IMG/VR virus record: IMGVR_UViG_3300030372_001743 | Location: 1 to 35,644 of that record | DNA from: a virus | Lineage: Duplodnaviria; Caudoviricetes | Direction: 5' to 3' (one strand) | DNA: 35,644 nt | Part shown: one piece after another, positions 31,018-35,644 of the stretch | How positions within the stretch are numbered: position 1 is the stretch's first letter | Layout of the letters: the number at the start of each line of letters is the position of its first letter | Notes under the pieces: model-generated | What the model saw: the letters and a program-made list of their open reading frames with translations, nothing else | Told to the model about the DNA's origin: nothing | Databases searched by the model: none | Translations under genes and position numbers: made by a program

Positions 31018-31762
31018 GTCCTACACGTATGCGAGGGTCACACCATGTCTCTATACCCATTTCCTTAGCATCTAGGCAGAACGACACGTCCTCACCACAC
31101 ATATCCTGAACTGCACCTGACTCGAAGACTTGCATCTTAGGAGCAAACCAAGGATATTGCATGTCCTCGAAGACTCCCTTCTTAATCAAGACCCATCCAA
31201 AACCTGTATAATCAACTGTGAAAGGCTTGTTACGTTTGCCCATTGATTCAACAGTCTCATGATTCATAACTCCCCCATTCTTACGGAAGTCTTCCTCTTC
31301 TAACCAGTGTGCAACTGAGGTAGTATGTCCATCCTCTGTAGCATACCAACCTGCTGCGATCTTTCTTTCGTCACCTTCAGCAGGAATGGCAAGATCAGCA
31401 AGCTGCCAGAACTTCTCTACATTAAACACAATGTCATTATCTATCCAAAGTTGATAATCATACTCTAGTTTACCATCCCAAGGTTTTTGATCAGCACCAC
31501 GGAGAACATTTGCTCCAAGACACTTACATCTTGCAAAGTTAACCATAGAAGAGTAGTCTTGTGATATCTGAATACTCATTCCAGACTGTACCATATCAAA
31601 GGACAGTTGAACAAAATTCTTTAAGAAGGTATATGAACATCCTCTACCAGGAAGACAGAATACTATTGTCTTTCCTTTCCATCTCTCTTTGATAGCAGGA
31701 ATATCCCACTTTGCTGCATCCTTTGTGGGAGCCTTTGCTTTAACAGTAAATCCTTTTGCCAT
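30995..31762 (-). CDS. Putative GT-A fold glycosyltransferase-like protein (conserved cyanophage type)
   Basis: DxD motif in YQLWIDNDIVF, TGFGWVLIKKGVFE, GED..FC and DP.IRVGH, as in GT2-like enzymes. Confidence 0.7.
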   Translation of the reverse strand: MAKGFTVKAKAPTKDAAKWDIPAIKERWKGKTIVFCLPGRGCSYTFLKNFVQLSFDMVQSGMSIQISQDYSSMVNFARCKCLGANVLRGADQKPWDGKLEYDYQLWIDNDIVFNVEKFWQLADLAIPAEGDERKIAAGWYATEDGHTTSVAHWLEEEDFRKNGGVMNHETVESMGKRNKPFTVDYTGFGWVLIKKGVFEDMQYPWFAPKMQVFESGAVQDMCGEDVSFCLDAKEMGIETWCDPRIRVGHEKTRVI

Positions 31763-31785
31763 AACCTTTAGTTACCTTCATTTCA

Positions 31786-31814
31786 ATTATACAGTGTAAT
31801 TATGTATATGTCAA
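31786..31814 (-). promoter_or_regulatory. Consensus sigma70 (early) promoter TTGACA-N17-TATAAT
   Basis: -35 at 31814-31809, -10 at 31791-31786, 17-bp spacer, 24 nt upstream of the glycosyltransferase ATG. Confidence 0.85.
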
Positions 31815-31818
31815 TGTT

Positions 31819-32061
31819 TTAATAAGAATCTTCTCCTGGTGGTTCTATTGCAATTCTGATCGGTCCTCCGACACCCACTGTGGGGGCTGCCTTCTCAAAA
31901 CTTAAGTCATTAGTAGTATAATCAGTCTTCAACAACCCTACCATTACATTCAATAACTCCCATGTCTCATCAAACTCGTCTTGCTTTAAATTATGATATA
32001 TACACCTATCCTTAACGTAGATATGATATGTGGTTATATTGCTTAAATCTTCAGGGGGCAT
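31819..32061 (-). CDS. Hypothetical protein, 80 aa
   Basis: ORF track. Same strand as neighbours and protein-like composition (YHIYVKDRCIYHNL...EF...W). Confidence 0.75.
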   Translation of the reverse strand: MPPEDLSNITTYHIYVKDRCIYHNLKQDEFDETWELLNVMVGLLKTDYTTNDLSFEKAAPTVGVGGPIRIAIEPPGEDSY

Positions 32062-32248
32062 TTTTACTTCGGGGATTTTTTTTATATAGCAAACCTTAGA
32101 AGGTTAAAAAATTTTTTCGTGGTTTTTTTATATACATCTCGAATTCGGTTCGTTGTAGGTTAGGGACTTTCACTTTTTTATAAACGCAACGCCCGCATCG
32201 GGCATAACACCGAGGGGGCAAAAACACTGTCCTTAACTGTTATATAAC

Positions 32249-32277
32249 ATCATAACATTGTATGAGGTTTATGTCAA
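32249..32277 (-). promoter_or_regulatory. Sigma70 promoter TTGACA-N17-TATGAT with extended -10 (TGn)
   Basis: -35 at 32277-32272, -10 at 32254-32249, TG at 32257-32256. Predicted start near 32242 gives a leader of about 180 nt before ORF 32061. Confidence 0.75.
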
Positions 32278-32344
32278 CAACTGTGTAACCACTATGTAAC
32301 ATAAACCCCACACATACTTACACAGTTAATTAACAACAACTGTG
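32259..32344. repeat. Nested inverted and direct repeats
   Basis: 32259-32276 pairs with 32297-32314 (18 bp, 3 G-U on the minus strand). 32279-32288 is the exact reverse complement of 32318-32327. CAACAACTGTG is directly repeated at 32275-32285 and 32334-32344. Confidence 0.8.
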
Positions 32345-32362
32345 CATACTAGTTTGTGTTAG

Positions 32363-32488
32363 TTATAGTGCTGTATCTTTCACCTCTACAATATCATCGA
32401 GGACTGCCAAGATTTCATTACCATTGTTTGCATTTTCCAATAGAAATTCTGCAAAGTTCGGTGATACTCTGCTTACGTAATCTGCCAT
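32363..32488 (-). CDS. Small hypothetical protein, 41 aa
   Basis: Hand-translated MADYVSRVSPNFAEFLLENANNGNEILAVLDDIVEVKDTAL*. Directly downstream of the repeated promoter motif at 32523-32555. Confidence 0.65.
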   Translation of the reverse strand: MADYVSRVSPNFAEFLLENANNGNEILAVLDDIVEVKDTAL

Positions 32489-32522
32489 AATGTTGTTAGT
32501 AACTGTGAGTGCTTGTGACTCT

Positions 32523-32555
32523 TACATTATAAGGACACTTTACTCGCTTCAGTTA
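32523..32555 (-). promoter_or_regulatory. 33-bp repeated promoter-like motif, copy 1 (TAACTGAAGCGAGTAAAGTGTCCTTATAATGTA)
   Basis: 31/33 identical to 34456-34488. Contains TATAAT and precedes an ATG. Confidence 0.75.
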
Positions 32556-32728
32556 TAATAATTCAATGGGCAATCTATCTCCTCTATGTAACAATCAAGT
32601 TCTTCATTCTCTTCAATTTGTAATACTTTCCTCCAATCAATTTGCCGTGGGTTAAAATCATCTAGCACGTCTAATTCCAGTGTTATTCTATACTTACTCT
32701 TCTGCCCGTAGATGTTAGAAACTGTCAT
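32549..32728 (-). CDS. Hypothetical protein, 59 aa (start revised from 32785)
   Basis: The track's TTG start at 32785 coincides with a -35 TTGACA box. ATG 32728 (MTVSNIYGQKSKYRITLEL...) lies downstream of that promoter. Confidence 0.75.
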   Translation of the reverse strand: MTVSNIYGQKSKYRITLELDVLDDFNPRQIDWRKVLQIEENEELDCYIEEIDCPLNYYN

Positions 32729-32756
32729 GGGATTAGACGGTTGATGTGTATACTTA

Positions 32757-32785
32757 ATTATAATACTTCTGTGGAAAACTGTCAA
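32757..32785 (-). promoter_or_regulatory. Consensus sigma70 promoter TTGACA-N17-TATAAT with a DnaA box in the spacer
   Basis: Minus strand reads TTGACA GTTTTCCACAGAAGTAT TATAAT. Confidence 0.85.
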
Positions 32786-32797
32786 GTATTATTACCA

Positions 32798-32805
32798 TAT
32801 TTATA
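32798..32805 (-). promoter_or_regulatory. Perfect T4 late promoter octamer TATAAATA
   Basis: Exact match, but within a very AT-rich tract, so possibly chance. Confidence 0.35.
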
Positions 32806-32860
32806 CAGAAATACTAATATTTTATAAATTGTAATATCCTCACAAAGTATAAACGAGGTA

Positions 32861-32889
32861 TTTACAATTAGAGCAGATCGTGTTATACT
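32861..32889 (+). promoter_or_regulatory. Antisense sigma70 promoter TTTACA-N17-TATACT with extended -10
   Basis: -35 at 32861-32866, TG at 32881-32882, -10 at 32884-32889. Points into the DnaA-box array. Confidence 0.6.
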
Positions 32890-33139
32890 CTGCTCGGTAA
32901 GATCACTATAAAATCACACCTTTATTCCACATAATATCCACACTAACTAACAACAATTCCACACGTATTCCACTGCATTACTAACACTTTTCAACACACT
33001 TGTGGAAAAGAGATACATTTAGCACCCCTATTTATTAGACCATTTTTAATACCTTTTTAACCTTATTTGCATCATTAAGTAATAGTTTTCCACAGAAATA
33101 CCCCTAAGTTGTGGAAAACTAAGGGGTAATGATTGTGTT

Positions 33140-33220
33140 CTAGTTAGTGTTACTTAGTAGTAGGAATAGCACCCTTCCGAGTATAATATAGAAGAAGAAA
33201 TTAAAGACCTTTCTTATCAT
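33140..33220 (-). CDS. Putative 26-aa hydrophobic membrane peptide
   Basis: Hand-translated MIRKVFNFFFYIILGRVLFLLLSNTN*. ATG lies 1 nt after the upstream stop. Confidence 0.45.
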   Translation of the reverse strand: MIRKVFNFFFYIILGRVLFLLLSNTN

Positions 33221-33221
33221 T

Positions 33222-33383
33222 TTAATAGTTGTGAATTGTCCTATATGGTTTATAACAATACTGCTTATCTTTCTTCTGTTGTTTATTAAATTGTTTGGAT
33301 TCTTCTGGTGTTAATCCTGCAAAATAGTTGAGAAGATTGCCTTCGTAACTATCAAATAACTTGTCTAATTTGGAATTGTTCAT
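33222..33383 (-). CDS. Small hypothetical protein, 53 aa
   Basis: Hand-translated MNNSKLDKLFDSYEGNLLNYFAGLTPEESKQFNKQQKKDKQYCYKPYRTIHNY*. Fills the gap in the ORF run. Confidence 0.65.
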   Translation of the reverse strand: MNNSKLDKLFDSYEGNLLNYFAGLTPEESKQFNKQQKKDKQYCYKPYRTIHNY

Positions 33384-33407
33384 AATAAAATAGTGGGTAG
33401 GATTTGC

Positions 33408-33767
33408 TTAGTGTTGTTGTAAATGTAAGGGGTAATTTGTCTCATTAAACTTACCATAACTGAACTGACTATCTTTAACTATTTCCTTATATAATTCCTC
33501 ATCATAAGTATTCATTACTTCTTTCTTATTTGTTACTTTCGGTGTCTCTTTCGTTGTTAATGAGTTTGCATATTCTACCTTATTAATTAACTCACATCTG
33601 TAAATATTAAAGAGAATTTCCATATTAACTCCATCCCAATCTGTCCACTCTGATACATAATCTTCGCAGTCAAAATCACCTGTTCCATCTACATTTAGTG
33701 GGCAAGATTTGAACTCATAATCATCATCTACCCAGAATAATCTTCCGAATGTTTCTGAACTATACAT
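33408..33767 (-). CDS. Acidic hypothetical protein, 119 aa (start revised from 33812)
   Basis: AGGAGG RBS precedes ATG 33767 (MYSSETFGRLFWVDD...). Confidence 0.75.
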   Translation of the reverse strand: MYSSETFGRLFWVDDDYEFKSCPLNVDGTGDFDCEDYVSEWTDWDGVNMEILFNIYRCELINKVEYANSLTTKETPKVTNKKEVMNTYDEELYKEIVKDSQFSYGKFNETNYPLHLQQH

Positions 33768-34011
33768 GGCAATAATCCTCCTGATTAATAAATTGTGCAG
33801 GGTAATACTCATTAGTAACTTTATACTTACATTGCATAATATACTCCCTTACTTGATAATAAAACTCTTCTTTACTTATTAACATTTTCTTTTGCATATC
33901 TCCTCTAAATGATAACACTTTTAACATACGATTGTTTATCATTTCTCCATCCCATTTCTTTACAGGATAGAAATCAACAACCATATTTCCATCTCTACTT
34001 GTTAGTTCCAT
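33760..34011 (-). CDS. Hypothetical protein, 83 aa (start revised from 34062)
   Basis: GGAGG RBS precedes ATG 34011 (MELTSRDGNMVVDFYPVK...). Confidence 0.78.
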   Translation of the reverse strand: MELTSRDGNMVVDFYPVKKWDGEMINNRMLKVLSFRGDMQKKMLISKEEFYYQVREYIMQCKYKVTNEYYPAQFINQEDYCHV

Positions 34012-34055
34012 TGTGAAAGTCCTCCGAATAAAGTAATAGTTTGTAGAATAGAATT

Positions 34056-34083
34056 GGGGCAACTATGTATTAGATAGTGCCCC
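34056..34083. other. Intergenic stem-loop
   Basis: GGGGC-a-ACTAT-gtattag-ATAGT-GCCCC, 10-bp stem with one bulge, just after the stop at 34091. No U-tract. Confidence 0.55.
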
Positions 34084-34090
34084 TAGAATG

Positions 34091-34438
34091 TTATGCAATT
34101 TGCAGGGAATCAGCATCTATAAGTATCATCCCATCCCAGAAACTTGCGACCTGATCTTGATACTTAACGAACCAATTAAAGTCTTTCTGGAATACTTTAC
34201 AACCGTATTTAACCTCTTGCAGTATTGCATTTAGTCTTGATTTTGTGGTTACTGTTGTATAACCACAGGATGACAATTTGACTGCTTGAGTGTTATGATC
34301 TACGGTTGCAATTAGATGACCATGTAGATAGATACTGCTGCAATTTGTGTTTGAGTTGTAGTTAACTTGAGTATTTGAACCGCACCAATCAGATTTGTTT
34401 GAGATTGCGAAGTTCATTTGTCTTTCAAGTTTTCTCAT
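34091..34438 (-). CDS. Conserved cyanophage-type hypothetical protein, 115 aa
   Basis: MRK.E.QMN.AI, W...NT.V, YLHG..IA, T.TTKSRLNA, VFQKDF.WF. Directly downstream of repeated promoter motif copy 2. Confidence 0.8.
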   Translation of the reverse strand: MRKLERQMNFAISNKSDWCGSNTQVNYNSNTNCSSIYLHGHLIATVDHNTQAVKLSSCGYTTVTTKSRLNAILQEVKYGCKVFQKDFNWFVKYQDQVASFWDGMILIDADSLQIA

Positions 34439-34455
34439 AAATGCTTTGTGTATCC

Positions 34456-34488
34456 TACACTATAAGGACACTTTAGTCGCTTCAGTTA
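34456..34488 (-). promoter_or_regulatory. 33-bp repeated promoter-like motif, copy 2 (TAACTGAAGCGACTAAAGTGTCCTTATAGTGTA)
   Basis: 31/33 identical to 32523-32555, 18 nt upstream of ATG 34438. Confidence 0.75.
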
Positions 34489-34494
34489 GTGTTA

Positions 34495-34599
34495 TTATTC
34501 CTTTGCTTCTATATTGAATATTAACAACCAAATTATACTGAGAACCATAATACTTAATATCCTTAAATTCTCCCAACTATATGTTATTGTGCCTGTCAT
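34495..34599 (-). CDS. Putative 34-aa single-pass membrane peptide
   Basis: Hand-translated MTGTITYSWENLRILSIMVLSIIWLLIFNIEAKE*. AAGGGA upstream. Confidence 0.5.
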   Translation of the reverse strand: MTGTITYSWENLRILSIMVLSIIWLLIFNIEAKE

Positions 34600-34667
34600 A
34601 CTATCCCTTTAAAGTATTACACTATTTCCCGAATAACCCATACAAAGGTATGTATAATAATTGAAAC

Positions 34668-34877
34668 TTACAAACAATCTAAATCTTTACCATGCTTAAT
34701 CCTTTGAGGTTGTTTATAAAAATCGTCTGCGCGACTCGTATCACTTAGATCGGCAATTTGCTCGAAGATATTATCATATTCTCTCCATTCTTTTGAAGAT
34801 GATAACATTTCAATATTATACAATTTGAGGGAGTTCTTAATAAGATCTGCCTGAAATTGTGTTATACTTAGTTGCAT
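34668..34877 (-). CDS. Hypothetical protein, 69 aa (start revised from 34913)
   Basis: ATG 34877 (MQLSITQFQ...) directly follows the upstream stop at 34879 and avoids overlap. Confidence 0.7.
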   Translation of the reverse strand: MQLSITQFQADLIKNSLKLYNIEMLSSSKEWREYDNIFEQIADLSDTSRADDFYKQPQRIKHGKDLDCL

Positions 34878-34878
34878 T

Positions 34879-35157
34879 TTAGTCCTCATTCTTACCATAG
34901 TATGTATCAACAACTCCTTCTAATTCTTTGAATATGTTATCAACATCCTCTCTAAAATCAGGGTCATAAGAGTAATCATCAGAAGGGTTAATATATCCCT
35001 CTACAATATAAAGAATTGTAGAGATTTGTCCTTCAGTTAGTGTTACTTTGTGAGGACGATTGAGATCCTCTTCTACATTTGGTTTGAACAATTTCTTCTT
35101 AGTTTCTTCTTTAGAGAAGTATTCTTTAAAGAAATCTTTAGTAGATTGTTTAGTCAT
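34879..35157 (-). CDS. Hypothetical protein, 92 aa
   Basis: ORF track. Tight packing with neighbours. Confidence 0.75.
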   Translation of the reverse strand: MTKQSTKDFFKEYFSKEETKKKLFKPNVEEDLNRPHKVTLTEGQISTILYIVEGYINPSDDYSYDPDFREDVDNIFKELEGVVDTYYGKNED

Positions 35158-35165
35158 TGTGTTAA

Positions 35166-35549
35166 TTAGAAATGGGAATTAATGGTATTAGGTGAATATT
35201 TGCTATCTAATCTTTGACCATTATCTGTTACTTCTCCAATGCTATCTTTATCAATGTAGTATTTAACTTTAGGGTTGCAAAGTGTTACTCTCCTGCTAAA
35301 CTTCTGAGGACTAGATGATACCCACCAGTCTAACTTCTCAATATTTCTATTACATTGATGGCATGTTAATGCACTCCAACTAAAGTGATATACTCTATGT
35401 TGATGATTACAAAATGGGCAAAATAGGTCTTTCCCATACTTACCTGCTCTTGCATTTTTCTTTAATCTTGTTAAGTAAGAGGATACAACTCTTACTTCTT
35501 GGTTTGTATTTTCATCAAAGAAAAATCTGCAATTAGTTCTTCTTGTCAT
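35166..35549 (-). CDS. Hypothetical zinc-ribbon protein
   Basis: CPFC...RVYHFSWSALT...CHQC gives two CxxC pairs. Confidence 0.75.
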   Translation of the reverse strand: MTRRTNCRFFFDENTNQEVRVVSSYLTRLKKNARAGKYGKDLFCPFCNHQHRVYHFSWSALTCHQCNRNIEKLDWWVSSSPQKFSRRVTLCNPKVKYYIDKDSIGEVTDNGQRLDSKYSPNTINSHF

Positions 35550-35644
35550 TAGAATTTGCCTCCATTGTTGTTAACATCTATGAAAGTTTCGTTAGTTACA
35601 TTATCAACTAACTCATCAAATAATTCTTCATCATAGTTATCAAC
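35549..35644 (-). CDS. 3' end of an acidic hypothetical protein (truncated by window edge)
   Basis: ...VDNYDEELFDELVDNVTNETFIDVNNNGGKF*. Its stop overlaps the next ATG (TAATG). Confidence 0.65.
   Translation of the reverse strand, partial: VDNYDEELFDELVDNVTNETFIDVNNNGGKF

Larger units (their letters stand above)
32770..33118. promoter_or_regulatory. Cluster of cyanobacterial-type DnaA boxes, oriC-like region
   Basis: Perfect TTTTCCACA at 32770-32778(-), 33001-33009(-), 33086-33094(+), 33110-33118(-). Near matches at 32923, 32934, 32955, 32966 and 32988 (+). No ORF in this interval. Confidence 0.7.

Noticed and set aside
32157-32165. Telomere-like TTAGGG
   Set aside because: Single copy with no tandem array, insufficient for a G-quadruplex or telomere.
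32729-32785. Track start (TTG) for the 78-aa ORF
   Set aside because: The TTG is the -35 hexamer of a consensus promoter. ATG 32728 is the better start.
33155-33169. TAGTAGTAGGAATAG as possible DnaA-trios
   Set aside because: Position and orientation relative to the nearest box do not fit the B. subtilis arrangement, and it is explained by Leu codons of the 26-aa ORF.
1-35644. tRNAs, introns, inteins, integrase/transposase, recoded stop codons
   Set aside because: None recognised by eye, and the large genes are uninterrupted in the standard code. tRNAscan and intein HMM searches were not run, so absence is not proven.

Overview
AT-rich segment of a T4-like marine cyanophage (cyanomyovirus, most likely infecting Prochlorococcus or Synechococcus). 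Essentially all genes are on the minus strand. Reading in the direction of transcription (right to left), 35.6-33.1 kb is a cluster of small early-type hypothetical ORFs. 33.1-32.06 kb is a largely non-coding control region with clustered cyanobacterial-type DnaA boxes (TTTTCCACA), several near-consensus sigma70 promoters (one antisense), a 33-bp repeated non-canonical promoter motif and long inverted repeats. Next come a GT-A-like glycosyltransferase, tiny ORFs and an intrinsic terminator. The late structural module follows: gp25, gp6, gp7 (4296 aa), gp8, VrlC-like, two small ORFs, gp13, gp14, gp15, gp16, and then a repeat-rich acidic coiled-coil protein running off the left edge. The most striking observation is the oriC-like DnaA-box array interwoven with divergent promoters, a candidate host-DnaA-engaging origin, decoy or regulatory locus. 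Gene identities come from my recognition of protein motifs and gene order, not from database searches. Coordinates of ORFs absent from the supplied track were read by hand.
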